From the NCBI GenBank assembly GCA_965208325.1, contig OZ242326.1, positions 864,001-928,000 on the forward strand: 64,000 nucleotides of DNA. Direction: 5' to 3'. The translations under genes were made by a program, and so were the position numbers. The DNA comes from Candidatus Poribacteria bacterium. Lineage in GTDB: Bacteria; Poribacteria; WGA-4E; PCPOR2b. Of this stretch, positions 10,980 through 22,223 are shown in pieces (within the stretch, counting starts at the first letter, position 1; every line of letters starts with the position of its first letter). The notes beneath the pieces were generated by a model that saw only the letters and a program-made list of their open reading frames with translations, did no database searches and was not told where the DNA came from.

Positions 10980-12416
10980 TTACCACCACCCGAGAAACTT
11001 CCACCACATCATGCCGACGCTCAACCAGATTGCTAAATGAAAGAGAGACACCAAGAATCCGATGCCGAACCACTTCGGCTGGGGTACATACCCAAGTCCA
11101 AAATAGATAATTAAGGGTCCGGTGGAATAATTTGTGACGCATCCGCACAAGTTAGAAAAGTAAGCCAGTATCGCAACGGTTAGCATCGCAGGCGCACCAA
11201 CTCCTAACGCTACCGCGAAAAAAGCGGCAACCATTGCAGCGATATGCGCGGTCAACATGGAAAAAAAGTACATTGAATAAAAGTAAATCAATGCGAGGCT
11301 GATAATGATGGCTATACCGCTTAGGTCTTCAACCAAAAACTTCATGTTGCTTGCAAACCAATCGATGAATTCATAGGTCTTGAGACTGTTCGCCATAGTT
11401 AATAAGCCGCCCAGCCAGATTAGCGTATCCCATGCCTTGTCATTCCCCGTGATATCCTCCCAACTCTCGGTACGCGCTAAAAGCAATAGACTGACGCCTA
11501 TCCAAGCCACAAGCGTCGTGCTCATGCCGTGCAGGGCTTTTGTCGTCCACATGCCCAAGAGTATGATGAAGACCGCGCACATCACCTTTTCGCCAGATGA
11601 CCACGGCCCCATCCTACGGAGTTCGTCTTGCGCCGTTTCTTGGGCGGCGTGCGTGTCCTTTAGTGTCGGTTTTGCGAGAAAATAGATTACAATTGGGAGT
11701 AAACTTAAACCTACGAGTCCCGGAACGATCGCGCCGAGCGCCCATGTACCCCAACCGAAGTCAATTGCAAACACATCGCTTGCGGCCTTTTTGACGAGAG
11801 GATTCGCAGCCATTCCCGTCAGAAACATTGCCGCTGCGATAAGATTGGCATGGGCGCCGACCAGTGTCAAATACTCCCCAGCACGTTTGGGTTCTCTTTC
11901 CGGGCGCGAATCGAGCGCTTCCGCTAACGAACGCATAATCGGCGCCAATACTCCGCCGCCGCGAGCCGTGTTCGAGGGCACGAACGGCCCAAGCAGCAGC
12001 TCTGCGCCGCACAAAGAATATCCTAACCCAATAATTGACTTCCCTAGCCAACTTACCAGCGTCAAAGCCAATCGCCGGCCGAAACCGGTGCGCACAACGC
12101 CGCCGGCAATCAGGAATGCGGCGACGACTAACCAAACTGTGCTGTCCGCATATCCTGCAAGTGCTTCGGATACCGTTAGCGTCTTGGTCGCCATCAGCAC
12201 GACCAGTCCAAATAAGACCATCGGCCCATTCGGAAAAGGGCGCAAAATGAAACCGACAATCACCGTGATAAACACGGCAAAGATTTTCCAACCTTTCGAG
12301 TATAGTTCACTTGGGTCTATCTCACGCGGCGCCGGAACCACCCACCACAGTGTGAGCAGCAAGAGAACACAGCCGCCAAGTCTCAGAATTTTATGCTTTT
12401 GTAAGTTTCCTGTCAT
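10980..12416 (-). CDS. DASS family (2-oxoglutarate/malate-type) anion transporter
   Basis: VPSNTARGGG, MFLTGMAANP, YFFSMLTAH motifs, many TM helices; start set at ATG 12416 after GAGGA. Confidence 0.88.
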   Translation of the reverse strand: MTGNLQKHKILRLGGCVLLLLTLWWVVPAPREIDPSELYSKGWKIFAVFITVIVGFILRPFPNGPMVLFGLVVLMATKTLTVSEALAGYADSTVWLVVAAFLIAGGVVRTGFGRRLALTLVSWLGKSIIGLGYSLCGAELLLGPFVPSNTARGGGVLAPIMRSLAEALDSRPEREPKRAGEYLTLVGAHANLIAAAMFLTGMAANPLVKKAASDVFAIDFGWGTWALGAIVPGLVGLSLLPIVIYFLAKPTLKDTHAAQETAQDELRRMGPWSSGEKVMCAVFIILLGMWTTKALHGMSTTLVAWIGVSLLLLARTESWEDITGNDKAWDTLIWLGGLLTMANSLKTYEFIDWFASNMKFLVEDLSGIAIIISLALIYFYSMYFFSMLTAHIAAMVAAFFAVALGVGAPAMLTVAILAYFSNLCGCVTNYSTGPLIIYFGLGYVPQPKWFGIGFLVSLFHLAIWLSVGMMWWKFLGWW

Positions 12417-12445
12417 AGTCCAGTTCCTCAGCGAAAAAACCCGCA

Positions 12446-13621
12446 TTACATACATTCAAAAATTCCTGCCGCGCCCATTCCGCCGCCGATGCACATCGTG
12501 ACCATGCCGTAGCGTGCATTCCGCCGGCGCATCTCGTTAATCAGCGTGACTGATAGCTTTGTACCAGTGCATCCAAGCGGGTGTCCCAGCGCAATGGCGT
12601 TGCCATTGACGTTGACTTTATCGATTGGAAGATTGAGTTCGTCAATTACCGCAAGCGCCTGTACCGCAAACGCTTCGTTCAGTTCAATCAGATCGATGTC
12701 GTCGAGAGAAAGGCCCGCGAGTTTCAACGCTTTTGGAACAGCCGCAACTGGTCCAATCCCCATGATTTCTGGCGGGACACCCGCAGTGGCATAACCAACA
12801 AACCGCGCCATCGGTTCGCATCCGAGTTCCGCGGCTTTCTCCGCAGACATAAGCACGACCGCCGCCGCACCGTCGCTCATCTGGGATGAGTTTCCGGCGG
12901 TGACGCTGCCGTCCTCGCGAAATACAGGTTTAAGTTTTGCCAATGCCAGAATGGATGTATCCCGGCGAACACCTTCGTCAACGGTGAATTCAAAGGTCCG
13001 CGTTTCTTGCACGCCGTTATCATTCGCATGCGTCTCAGTCACAGAGATAGGTAAAATTTCAGCCTTGAACTTGCCTGTATCAATCGCATCAGCCGCTTTC
13101 TGATGGCTAGACATCGCGTACGCGTCCTGAATTTCACGCGAGATACGGTATTTGCTTACTAGATTCTCGGCGGTCAAGCCCATACTGAGATAAACATCGG
13201 GATAGTGCTCAACAAGGTGTGGGTTCGGTGCCGACGTGATGTCGTAAGGAACGAAACTCATGCTTTCCGTTCCTCCAGCTACCACTACGTCAGCGAACCC
13301 GCACATAATTCGTTCCGCCCCCATAGCAATCGTCTGCAAGCCTGAAGCACAAAAACGGTTCACGGTCATTGCAGGAACAGAAACCGGTATACCCGCACGT
13401 ACGCAGGCAATTCGCGCGACATTCACCCCCTGCGGGCCTTCGGGCATGGCACAGCCAATTATTACGTCGTCGATTTTTTCGGCATCAAGGTTCGGCACCC
13501 GATTGATAGCTTCTTTAATGACAAATGCAGCGAGATCGTCTGGGCGCGTATCTTTTAGCGAGCCGCGGTTTGCTTTTCCAACAGCTGTCCGTACCCCCGC
13601 TGCAATAACTGCTGAATTCAT
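12446..13621 (-). CDS. fadA: Acetyl-CoA C-acyltransferase (3-ketoacyl-CoA thiolase)
   Basis: [25 protein letters not shown]. Confidence 0.92.
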   Translation of the reverse strand: MNSAVIAAGVRTAVGKANRGSLKDTRPDDLAAFVIKEAINRVPNLDAEKIDDVIIGCAMPEGPQGVNVARIACVRAGIPVSVPAMTVNRFCASGLQTIAMGAERIMCGFADVVVAGGTESMSFVPYDITSAPNPHLVEHYPDVYLSMGLTAENLVSKYRISREIQDAYAMSSHQKAADAIDTGKFKAEILPISVTETHANDNGVQETRTFEFTVDEGVRRDTSILALAKLKPVFREDGSVTAGNSSQMSDGAAAVVLMSAEKAAELGCEPMARFVGYATAGVPPEIMGIGPVAAVPKALKLAGLSLDDIDLIELNEAFAVQALAVIDELNLPIDKVNVNGNAIALGHPLGCTGTKLSVTLINEMRRRNARYGMVTMCIGGGMGAAGIFECM

Positions 13622-13801
13622 TCATTCACTCCTAAACGTCGTTTTGGAAACGGAAAAGATATTTGAATCGCTCGGAAAACAACAATGTTTTAAACCTCTG
13701 AATCTTCATCTTTCCATCTGCACATGATACTAATTTGGTTTGCTATTCATCACCAACAACCAGTTTCCCGCACTATGCAGAACTCTCGTGTTTCTTTCGT
13801 C

Positions 13802-16219
13802 TCAATTGCGAAGCGGCTTTCCAGTCTTTAGCGTAAACTCAATCCGATTCTGTGTCTTCTCCTCCCCGCACAGGCTAATAAACGCCTCTCGCTCAAGGTC
13901 GAGTATGTACGACTCGGAGACGCGCTGCGGCGACGTAAGTTCACCGCCGCACAAAACGTAGGCGAGTTTATTCAGGACAGCGGCGTCATGCTCGCTGATA
14001 TAATTAGCGCTACGCATCTGATGAATTTCCAGCTTATGTTGCGCGAGTCCGTTTCTTCCCGGCACCAACGTCTCTCGCGGCTGCGGTTGCTGGTAGCCCC
14101 TCGCGGCGATTGAACGTACCATCTCTTTTGCATCGTAGAGATGGCGCCTACTGTTTATTGAAATGAAATCTGTGTTGCGAAGATACCCTAGCTGCCTCGC
14201 GTGTTCGCCGCTCTCGGACACGCTTGAGCGTGCAATAGTCTCAAAAGCACGCTTCACATTCTGAATTGCGTCCGCGCTGCTGTCAATCGGCAGATTTTCT
14301 TGGCAACGGAGAATCATCTCCTTTGTGCCGCCCGCACCCGGGATGAGTCCGACACGCACCTCGACCAAACCCATATAAGTTTCTGCGGCGGCGCAGACCG
14401 CATCCGAATTGAGAACAACCTCACACCCGCCGCCGTACGTCATTCCCGATGGGGCGGATACGACGGTTTTCGGCGAACTACGCAGCGACATATTTGCCGT
14501 CTGGAAATTCAGGAGGATTTCGTCAATCGCGTCCCAATCTTTGTTCCTCGCCTTTTCAAGAACCAAGACAAGGTTTAACCCCACCGAAAAGTTGTCACTG
14601 TGGTTGCCGATGATGAGTCCGACAAAGTTCCGCTCGACCTCGTCGAGGGCGTTTAGCATCATCTCAAGCGTGGAAGTATTGATGATATTCATCTTGCTGT
14701 GGAACTCAAGGCAAGCTACACCATCCCCAATATCAATTAGGCTGGCATCAGCATTGGATTGCACCGTCTTACCGTCTGATCGGAGGTCCGAGAGAACGAT
14801 GTCCTCTGAAGGAGTTTCGGTCTCTTGGTAACTATTTGACCCGAGATCGAAATAAGCGCTCTTGGCATGCGAATCTTCCGGATTGACCGCCCTGTAAAAG
14901 GACGTGTGCCCCGAATCCAACAGATTGGCGGCGAGCGGCGGAATTGCACCGCCTTCGGACTGCATTCGTTCAACGGATTCCGGCACGCCGATTGCGTCCC
15001 AAATCTCAAACACGCCAAGCTCCCAATTGAAACCCCATTTCATGGCTTTGTCGACGCTCGCCAAATCATCCGAGATTTCGGGGATACACGACGCAGCATA
15101 GCGCAACAAGTTACTCAGACTTTTCCACACTAACCGCCCTTCCCGGCTGTCGTTGTCCGTAAGTGCCTTGATCCGCGCACCGGCATCCCTAATTCGCTTT
15201 ACTGAGTCGAGCGTACGAGATTGCACACTTTCACGAGGTACATATTCAAGTGTATTGTAGTTCAACGTCAAGATTTCACTGCCTTTTTCACCGGGACGTT
15301 TATGATAAAATCCTCGTCCTGTTTTGTCACCAAGCCAATTCCTCTCGATCATGTGCAAAATGAACTCCGGCACACGGAAAACAGCACGCCGTTCATCGTC
15401 AGGCAACGCTGTGTTAAGATTCTTTGCCATATCCACAAGTATATCTACCCCGATAAGATCGCCCAGCCGGAAGGTGGCGCTTCGCGGCCGCCCAATCAGA
15501 GGCCCTGTAATCACATCGACCTCATCAATGGTATAATCCTCTTCAAGCATCAGATGGATAGTGTGCATCATCGCAAAGGTGCCGATCCGGTTGGCGATGA
15601 AATTGGGCGTATCCTTGCAGCGTACAATCCCTTTTCCGAGTATCCGCTCTCCAAAATCGGCAGCAAAATCGACCAGATTCGTTCGAGTCTCCGCTGTTGG
15701 AATAATTTCAAGCAGGTGCATGTACCGTGGCGGGTTAAAGAAATGCGTTCCTAAAAAGCACTCCCGAAAGTTTGCAGAGCGCCCTTTGGAAAGTGCATTG
15801 ATGGAGATTCCAGATGTGTTAGAACTTACGAGCGTGCCGTGTCTGCGGTGCCGGTCGATTAATTCGTGAACCTGTTTTTTTACCTGTAAATTTTCGGTGA
15901 CTGCTTCAACGATCCAGTCCGCCTCAGCCAACCGGTCGGCGTGGTCGCTAAGGTTTCCCGCCCGAATCAACCGCGCTGCTTCGCGAACATAGAACGGTGA
16001 ACGGGTTTTCGCGATTTTCATCCGATCCAGTGCAGACGCCGCGATTCGATTCCGCTCAACAGAGCGGCCGCAATTTCCATCCTTCATGCCAGCGGGTAAA
16101 ACGTCCAACAAGTCACAAGGGATACCGACGTTGGCGAAATGGGCGGCAATCTGCGAACCCATTGTACCGGCGCCCAAGACTGCAACTCGTTTTATTTTGC
16201 GATATAATTCTACTTGCAA
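13802..16219 (-). CDS. fadN: 3-hydroxyacyl-CoA dehydrogenase / enoyl-CoA hydratase-like fusion (FadN type)
   Basis: VLGAGTMG, SNTSG, HFFNPPRYM, C-terminal crotonase-like GGGCE and GLIPGAGG, ends GKPLRN. Confidence 0.9.
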   Translation of the reverse strand: MQVELYRKIKRVAVLGAGTMGSQIAAHFANVGIPCDLLDVLPAGMKDGNCGRSVERNRIAASALDRMKIAKTRSPFYVREAARLIRAGNLSDHADRLAEADWIVEAVTENLQVKKQVHELIDRHRRHGTLVSSNTSGISINALSKGRSANFRECFLGTHFFNPPRYMHLLEIIPTAETRTNLVDFAADFGERILGKGIVRCKDTPNFIANRIGTFAMMHTIHLMLEEDYTIDEVDVITGPLIGRPRSATFRLGDLIGVDILVDMAKNLNTALPDDERRAVFRVPEFILHMIERNWLGDKTGRGFYHKRPGEKGSEILTLNYNTLEYVPRESVQSRTLDSVKRIRDAGARIKALTDNDSREGRLVWKSLSNLLRYAASCIPEISDDLASVDKAMKWGFNWELGVFEIWDAIGVPESVERMQSEGGAIPPLAANLLDSGHTSFYRAVNPEDSHAKSAYFDLGSNSYQETETPSEDIVLSDLRSDGKTVQSNADASLIDIGDGVACLEFHSKMNIINTSTLEMMLNALDEVERNFVGLIIGNHSDNFSVGLNLVLVLEKARNKDWDAIDEILLNFQTANMSLRSSPKTVVSAPSGMTYGGGCEVVLNSDAVCAAAETYMGLVEVRVGLIPGAGGTKEMILRCQENLPIDSSADAIQNVKRAFETIARSSVSESGEHARQLGYLRNTDFISINSRRHLYDAKEMVRSIAARGYQQPQPRETLVPGRNGLAQHKLEIHQMRSANYISEHDAAVLNKLAYVLCGGELTSPQRVSESYILDLEREAFISLCGEEKTQNRIEFTLKTGKPLRN

Positions 16220-16230
16220 TTTATTCGCCT

Positions 16231-17763
16231 CTACCTTGTTTCCTCATTACTATCTCTACTGAATCGGGTGAGTGCATCGCCGATTTTATCTTGCAAGGAT
16301 CGGCGTAAATTTGCAGAGCCTTTGAAATTACTCATCAAGACCGCGAAAGCCAAAATTTCGCCTTCCGCCGTCATGGTATAACCGGCAAGCGTCGAAACAC
16401 CTCTCATCGTACCCGTTTTTGCCCGTAAAATGCCGCCCGCTCTCATGTCATTCATCCGCCTTTTCAACGTCCCATCAACGCCCGCAATGGGCAAAGATAC
16501 AAGATATTCGGGCATCATCGCAAAATTGTTGAACATATAAGTTAGAAGACTCGTTAAGGCCGAAGCCGTGACAAGATTGTATCGGGAAACGCCCGAACCG
16601 TCCGCTAAGGTGTACCGTGAATTGTCCAACCCAATTTCTCTCAAAAACTCGCCGATAGCGGCAATCCCTTTTTGCGCTGTACCGGGTGCGCCCTTTAACT
16701 CCGCGCCAATCGTTTTTAGGATGAGTTCCGCCGTTAAATTATCGCTAGATTTGTTCATCCCCCAGAGAATGCGAGATAGCGGCACTGATACATGATTGGC
16801 AATTTTCAACGCCCTTTCGGGAACAACACCGTGACGTATACTCCCCCGAAACATGATGCCTTTCTGCGCAAGCTTCTCCTTCAATAGCGTCCCACAATAA
16901 AGCGCGGGATCGACGACATCCACCTGTCGATTGACGTCAGCTTGACCAATCTCCATTGATCCGCGGATGGTCAATACATTTGCCTCCACCGGCTTCCACT
17001 GTCGTTTAATGCTCAATCTTGTCGCGTCTGAAGCGGTGACGGTCGCCGCCTCATTGACAATTTTCATGTACTGCGTGGGCGGTTCAAGTTGCACGTCAAC
17101 GGGATCGTCTATATTGCGGCCCGGTGACACGCGGACGCGAACGCCGTTGTGATTGATGGTCAGCGCGCTCAAATGCGAGTAATATCCGCCTAAGGGGCCG
17201 TCGTCCCACATCCACCCTTTCCCCCGCCGGATATCGTCGAAATAAGACTCATCCACAACAATATCGCCGTCTACAGATTTAACACCCATCGCGGCCAGCT
17301 TTTCAGTAAATTCTTCCAGATCGCCGCTCTCAAACCTTGGGTCGCCCCGGCCCTTGAAGTAGAGATTTCCTACAACACGCCCATCTTCGATTGCATCCGC
17401 ATACAGGGTAGTGTGGAAACGATAGTTTGGACCCAGTTTGACGAGCGCCGCCGCAGCGGTAATCAATTTCATCGTCGAAGCCGGATGATGCAGTTTATCG
17501 GCAGCATTTTCATAAATTACGCTGCCGTTCGACAACGATACGACTTTAACCCCGACATTTGAAGCGGCGAGCAGCGGATCGCCCAAAATCGTTTCAATTT
17601 CACTCGCTAATACATGGGTCGGTTCAATCGGTGTTGGTGAGGAAACCGTGGCGCAACTGATGAGAACAACCAATAAACACAACAAAAACAGCGGCATATA
17701 GGTGGTGCCGGTGCCCGTTCGTTTCTTAAAGGTGACTCGCTTTATCCGGAGAATTTTAAACAT
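16231..17763 (-). CDS. dacB: D-Ala-D-Ala carboxypeptidase/endopeptidase (PBP4, S13), probable lipoprotein
   Basis: PASTMK (SxxK), SDN, DGSG, KTGT; lipobox-like LISC; true start may be ATG 17697. Confidence 0.92.
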   Translation of the reverse strand: MFKILRIKRVTFKKRTGTGTTYMPLFLLCLLVVLISCATVSSPTPIEPTHVLASEIETILGDPLLAASNVGVKVVSLSNGSVIYENAADKLHHPASTMKLITAAAALVKLGPNYRFHTTLYADAIEDGRVVGNLYFKGRGDPRFESGDLEEFTEKLAAMGVKSVDGDIVVDESYFDDIRRGKGWMWDDGPLGGYYSHLSALTINHNGVRVRVSPGRNIDDPVDVQLEPPTQYMKIVNEAATVTASDATRLSIKRQWKPVEANVLTIRGSMEIGQADVNRQVDVVDPALYCGTLLKEKLAQKGIMFRGSIRHGVVPERALKIANHVSVPLSRILWGMNKSSDNLTAELILKTIGAELKGAPGTAQKGIAAIGEFLREIGLDNSRYTLADGSGVSRYNLVTASALTSLLTYMFNNFAMMPEYLVSLPIAGVDGTLKRRMNDMRAGGILRAKTGTMRGVSTLAGYTMTAEGEILAFAVLMSNFKGSANLRRSLQDKIGDALTRFSRDSNEETR

Positions 17764-18007
17764 GTTAACCGCCCGTAATTGAAGGTGAATTCGCCGAGGA
17801 ATTTTCTCACATAAGGGTTATGAAGTCAAGCTCTTTTTCGGCGGCGGCAATCCGTTACTGTACCCATGCACGGTGATATGCTACAATAGAATGCACGTTG
17901 TATGAGGTTGTCGATACAACCCCGATTTCGAATTGGATTCAGGCATTGATTCACAAATTGGCATAAAAGGCAATATATACATTCATTGTGCAAGGAGAAC
18001 ACCATAT

Positions 18008-19066
18008 ATGGCAAACCCATTAAAAGTTGGCATCATCGGCGTTGGCGGCATCGCCCGCACCCACGTACCGGGTTGGAACGCCTCGCCGCACGCCGAGTTG
18101 GTGGCTGGCTGTGATATCAGAGACGATGTCGTCAAACACTGGGGCGAAGCAAACCAAATAAAAACACTGGCGACCAATCCGGAAGAACTCTTCAGCGATG
18201 CGGATATCGATATCATTGATGTGTGCACACCGAACATGTATCACGCGCCGCTGGCAGTTGCAGCGCTTGAATCGGGTAAACATGTCATCTGCGAAAAGCC
18301 ATTGGCGCCGACGCCGCAAGACATCTACAAAATGATCGAAGCCCGCAATCAGTCCGGAAAATTGCTCATGACGGCACAGCATTTCCGGTTTGAACCTAAA
18401 TCGAAAGCCATGAAAGCCGAAATAGACAGGGGTGTGCTCGGCGACGTATACCATGCGCGCAGTTGGATGCTGCGCCGTAACGGGTTCTCACCAGGGCCGG
18501 GATTCGTCCTCAAGAAAAACAGCGGAGGGGGACCGTGCATCGACATCGGCGTTCATATTTTGGATTTAACCCTCTGGTTCATGGGCAATCCGCAGCCAGC
18601 CGCTGTGACGGGGGTAGCACGGGCTGAGCTCGCACATCGAAAGGGCGCTTTCTGCGCATGGGGCGGCGAGATTCCGGAAGCGTTCGATGTCGAAGATTTT
18701 GCGGCGGCGTTCGTGCGATTTGAGACCGGCGCCACCCTAATCCTAGAGGTGAGTTGGCTGCTCCACCACGATATACGCGGCGAGGACATGCAGATGTGGC
18801 TTTACGGGACGGATGCCGGCGCGCACTGGCCAAAATGCGAGTTTCTTGAGAGCAATGCTGCCACGAAGCAGCATTTCAATCGATCCTTACAACTTTTCCC
18901 GAATCTTTTGGAAGCGCATGCACAGGAGTGCGTCGAGTTTGCGCAGGCAATTGTTGACGGCGCGCCCTCACCCGTACCTGCCGAACAGTCGCTGCAGGTG
19001 ATTTCCATTCTGGACGGCATCTACAGGAGCCAAGAACAGGGCGGAGAAGTGCGAGTCAATGCGTAG
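18008..19066 (+). CDS. Gfo/Idh/MocA family oxidoreductase
   Basis: GIIGVGGIA, ICEKP, GGGPCIDIGVH; AAGGAG RBS before ATG 18008. Confidence 0.9.
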   Translation: MANPLKVGIIGVGGIARTHVPGWNASPHAELVAGCDIRDDVVKHWGEANQIKTLATNPEELFSDADIDIIDVCTPNMYHAPLAVAALESGKHVICEKPLAPTPQDIYKMIEARNQSGKLLMTAQHFRFEPKSKAMKAEIDRGVLGDVYHARSWMLRRNGFSPGPGFVLKKNSGGGPCIDIGVHILDLTLWFMGNPQPAAVTGVARAELAHRKGAFCAWGGEIPEAFDVEDFAAAFVRFETGATLILEVSWLLHHDIRGEDMQMWLYGTDAGAHWPKCEFLESNAATKQHFNRSLQLFPNLLEAHAQECVEFAQAIVDGAPSPVPAEQSLQVISILDGIYRSQEQGGEVRVNA

Positions 19067-19067
19067 T

Positions 19068-19166
19068 CTAGCAGGCACACTCAGTATGCCGTAGCATTAT
19101 CCCGACCCGTCCATCAGCTTTCAATGCAATATACGCAAACAACGGCACACGGAGTGTGCTTACTAC
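19068..19166. repeat. Degenerate REP doublet (GGCACAC-TCC-GTGTGCC family)
   Basis: ctagcaggcacactcagtatgccgta (19068-19093) and acggcacacggagtgtgcttactac (19142-19166) are imperfect inverted copies matching 23725-23824. Confidence 0.75.
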
Positions 19167-19324
19167 TATAGTCACTGCAACTAAAAATTACACATTACCT
19201 TTTCAATCCGATCAAAAAGAGGTGTAACCCCCCCTAACCCCCCTTTTCAGCTTACTATTGCCCACAAGTCCAGAAATTTGCACGGTGCCACCTGTGGGAG
19301 GGAGATCCTTCTCCCGATTGTCGA

Positions 19325-19461
19325 GAATCAAGCGACCGAATAGGGAGCGCGATAGTTTTAAGTGTCTCTCCTACAGTGAGGACACTTTAGTCGGTTCATT
19401 GACAATAATCATTCCCCTCCTTACTAAGGAGGATCAACTGACCGAATAAGGAAGGCGATAG
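19325..19461 (+). repeat. Two copies of a dispersed 31-bp repeat GGATCAACCGACCGAATAGGGAGGGCGATAG
   Basis: Variants at 19325-19355 and 19431-19461; reference copy at 22444-22474. Confidence 0.75.
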
Positions 19462-19602
19462 GTTTTATAGTTCTTCCTAGTTCTTATAGGTTGGGTTGAA
19501 CGCTGTTTCTAGCACCCTCATTAAGATGTGGGTAATAGTAAGTCCTTTTCAGGGGGTATCTGAATGTGTGTAAATATGAATGTAAATGGCTATATTATGC
19601 GC

Positions 19603-20793
19603 TCAAACGACCTCATCCCTGCACAACTCCGTTATCGCATCGTCATCTAAGCCTAGTATTTCCTTGAGAACTTCAGCCGTGTGCTGGCCCAGCGTGGGCG
19701 GCGGCAGACGCATCTCGGCAGGGGTCATCGACAGTTTGAACGGAGTTCCAGCGAGTTTCACGCTGCCCGCAGAGGGGTGGGGCATCTCGACAGTCATTTC
19801 CCGTGCGGCTGCCTGCGGATCGGCGAACACGGTGTCAAGTGTATTGACTGGTCCTGCGGGTACGTCAGCATCGGCGCAGAGTTGCAGCCATTCGGCAACA
19901 GTCCTCCGGCGGAACAAGTTCTCCAACATGGGTATCAATACGTCCCGGTGTGCGACGCGCTGCGGGTTGGACGCAAAACGCACATCCTTACCCAACGCAC
20001 TCACACCCGCCGCTTCACAGAATCGCAGCCATTGTCCGTCGTTGCCGATGGCTAAGACTAAAAAATCGTCCGCCGCTTGAAACGCCTGATACGGAACGAT
20101 GCTGGCGTGTGCGTTCCCCCACCGCAGCGGCACCTCGCCCGAACACAGATAATTGCTGCCGACGTTTGCCAACAGCGCAATCTGCGAATCGAACAAGGAA
20201 ATATCAAGATGCTGTCCCTCACCGCTGCGTTCACGAGCGTACAGTGCGGCAAGTATCGCATTGCATGCGAACAGCGCAGCCGCAACATCAACAATGGCAA
20301 CGCCTACCTTCATGGGCGCCCCGCCGCGCTCGCCGGTGATGGACATAAACCCGCCGCGTCCTTGAATCAGAGAATCGTATCCCGCTAACTCACGGTCAGG
20401 ACCGGTGTGCCCAAAACCGCTAATGGAGCAGTAAATTAATCGAGGATTAATATCCTTGAGTTCGGTGTACCCTAAACCGAGTTGGTCGGCGCCTCCGATT
20501 CGAAAGTTCTCGACCAACACATCGCTGTTGCGCGCTAAATCCTGCGCAATGGCGGCGCCTCGCCTGTCCTTGAGGTCGAGGGTGATGCTTTTCTTGTTGC
20601 GGTTGCAGCATAGGTAATATGCCGACTCGCCCCCGACAAACGGCGGGCCCCATTGCCGTGTTTCGTCGCCGGCATCCGGACGCTCGACTTTGATTACCTC
20701 CGCGCCCAGATCGCCCAACATCATGGCACAATAGGGACCGGCTAAATGCCGCGACAATTCCAGCACGCGCACGCCATCGAGCGCACCTGCCAT
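19603..20793 (-). CDS. Class III CoA transferase (CaiB/BaiF)
   Basis: LAGPYC..LGDLGAEVIKVE, NRNKKSITLDLK, ENFR, catalytic Asp in AIVDV, PPTLGQHT. Confidence 0.92.
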   Translation of the reverse strand: MAGALDGVRVLELSRHLAGPYCAMMLGDLGAEVIKVERPDAGDETRQWGPPFVGGESAYYLCCNRNKKSITLDLKDRRGAAIAQDLARNSDVLVENFRIGGADQLGLGYTELKDINPRLIYCSISGFGHTGPDRELAGYDSLIQGRGGFMSITGERGGAPMKVGVAIVDVAAALFACNAILAALYARERSGEGQHLDISLFDSQIALLANVGSNYLCSGEVPLRWGNAHASIVPYQAFQAADDFLVLAIGNDGQWLRFCEAAGVSALGKDVRFASNPQRVAHRDVLIPMLENLFRRRTVAEWLQLCADADVPAGPVNTLDTVFADPQAAAREMTVEMPHPSAGSVKLAGTPFKLSMTPAEMRLPPPTLGQHTAEVLKEILGLDDDAITELCRDEVV

Positions 20794-22007
20794 TACGTAT
20801 CCTCCGCAAACGGATACGGCGGCAGTATTTGCGTTAAACGCTTGTCAGTTCGGTATCCGAGCGCATATTCTGCCTGCATCAATTGGTGAATTTCCTGCGT
20901 TCCCTCGTAGATTAACGCCCCACGGGAGTTTCGCAAGTAGCGTTCGACCGGGTACTCGTCGCTATAACCGTTGGCGCCATGGACTTGCACGGCGTCATCC
21001 GCAGCTCTGAAGGCGTTCTGACAATTCACCCACTTCGCCAGGCTCGCCTCGCGTGTACAGCGCGCCCCTCGATTCATCATCCAGCCAATCTGATAGTATA
21101 GCAGCCGCCCGGTGTCCCTCCCCGCGACCATGCGGGCAATTTTTTGCTGAACGAGTTGGTGTTTTCCAATCGGACGCCCAAACGTCTCGCGCGCCTTAAC
21201 GTAGGATGTACTCGCCTCAAGGCACGCCTCTATCAAACCGACCGCCCCGGCGGCAACTGTGTAGCGACCGCTGTCCAATGCACTCATGGCGATCTTGAAT
21301 CCTTCGCCCTCTTCACCGACACGATTCGCTGCCGGTACGTGCACCTCTCGCAGTACGATCCCACCGGTAGCGCCGATGCGTCCCCCCAGTTTGTGTTTGA
21401 TGCTAGAGGTGCTGACACCCTCGAAGCTGCGTTCCACGATAAATGCCGAAATGCCGCGGTACTTGGTGCTAGGGTCGGTGTAGGCAAAAACCAAATATTG
21501 GTCGGCGATGTCGGCGAAACCGATCCACGTTTTCTCGCCGTCGAGAATATAACTGCCGCCCTCCCGCCGGGCGGTGGTGCGAATATTCGAGACATCGCTT
21601 CCCGCATGCGGTTCAGTCAGCGCAAACACCCCCAACTTCTCGCCGCGCGCCTGCGGCGCAAGATAATCGGCCTTTTGCGCGCCGCTTCCCCACCGAAACA
21701 ACGTCAACGAGTTGAGGCCTAGATGCACGGAAACCAACACGCGAAAAGCGCTGTCCGCACGCTCCAACTCTTCACAGACGATGCCGAGGCTTAGATAGTC
21801 GCGCCCCAATCCGCCGTGGCATCGGGGAATGCAAACGCCGAACAGCCCCTCTGCCGCCATCTTCGGCAAAATTTCCCGCGGAAATTTCTGTGCGCGGTCC
21901 CATTCGCGGACATACGGCAAAATCTCGCGTGCACAAAACTCGCGCGCCGCATTGCGGATGGCGTCGTGCTCCGATGTCAATGTGAAGTCCAAAATTTGAA
22001 TCTCCAT
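20793..22007 (-). CDS. Acyl-CoA dehydrogenase
   Basis: FALTEPHAGSD, GEKTWI, RETFGRPI, QVHGANGY, IYEGTQEI; TAATG overlap with the CoA transferase. Confidence 0.92.
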   Translation of the reverse strand: MEIQILDFTLTSEHDAIRNAAREFCAREILPYVREWDRAQKFPREILPKMAAEGLFGVCIPRCHGGLGRDYLSLGIVCEELERADSAFRVLVSVHLGLNSLTLFRWGSGAQKADYLAPQARGEKLGVFALTEPHAGSDVSNIRTTARREGGSYILDGEKTWIGFADIADQYLVFAYTDPSTKYRGISAFIVERSFEGVSTSSIKHKLGGRIGATGGIVLREVHVPAANRVGEEGEGFKIAMSALDSGRYTVAAGAVGLIEACLEASTSYVKARETFGRPIGKHQLVQQKIARMVAGRDTGRLLYYQIGWMMNRGARCTREASLAKWVNCQNAFRAADDAVQVHGANGYSDEYPVERYLRNSRGALIYEGTQEIHQLMQAEYALGYRTDKRLTQILPPYPFAEDT

Positions 22008-22088
22008 GCTTGGGAAGGGGTTGTCGGTATTGATTACAGTATATCAAATTCGAATTTTCTGATAAACAGAAAAAACAGACAATCCCTC

Positions 22089-22116
22089 TTGACAAAATCT
22101 GCAATTTTCGTATAAT
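22089..22116 (+). promoter_or_regulatory. Consensus sigma70 promoter
   Basis: TTGACA (22089-22094)-16 nt-TATAAT (22111-22116). Confidence 0.6.
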
Positions 22117-22193
22117 GAGAAACGGTCGTGTAGATTGTAGACACTTGCTAACGCCATGTTCTAGCCATTCAGCGGAGAAGAATGCGATTCGTT

Positions 22194-22223
22194 AAACCGA
22201 GTTTTTTCTTCAAAACTCGGTTT
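22194..22223. repeat. Perfect 12-bp-stem palindrome (hairpin repeat or terminator)
   Basis: AAACCGAGTTTT-ttcttc-AAAACTCGGTTT. Confidence 0.65.

Noticed and set aside
11791..12501. 236-aa + strand ORF
   Set aside because: Antisense shadow of the DASS transporter with no motifs
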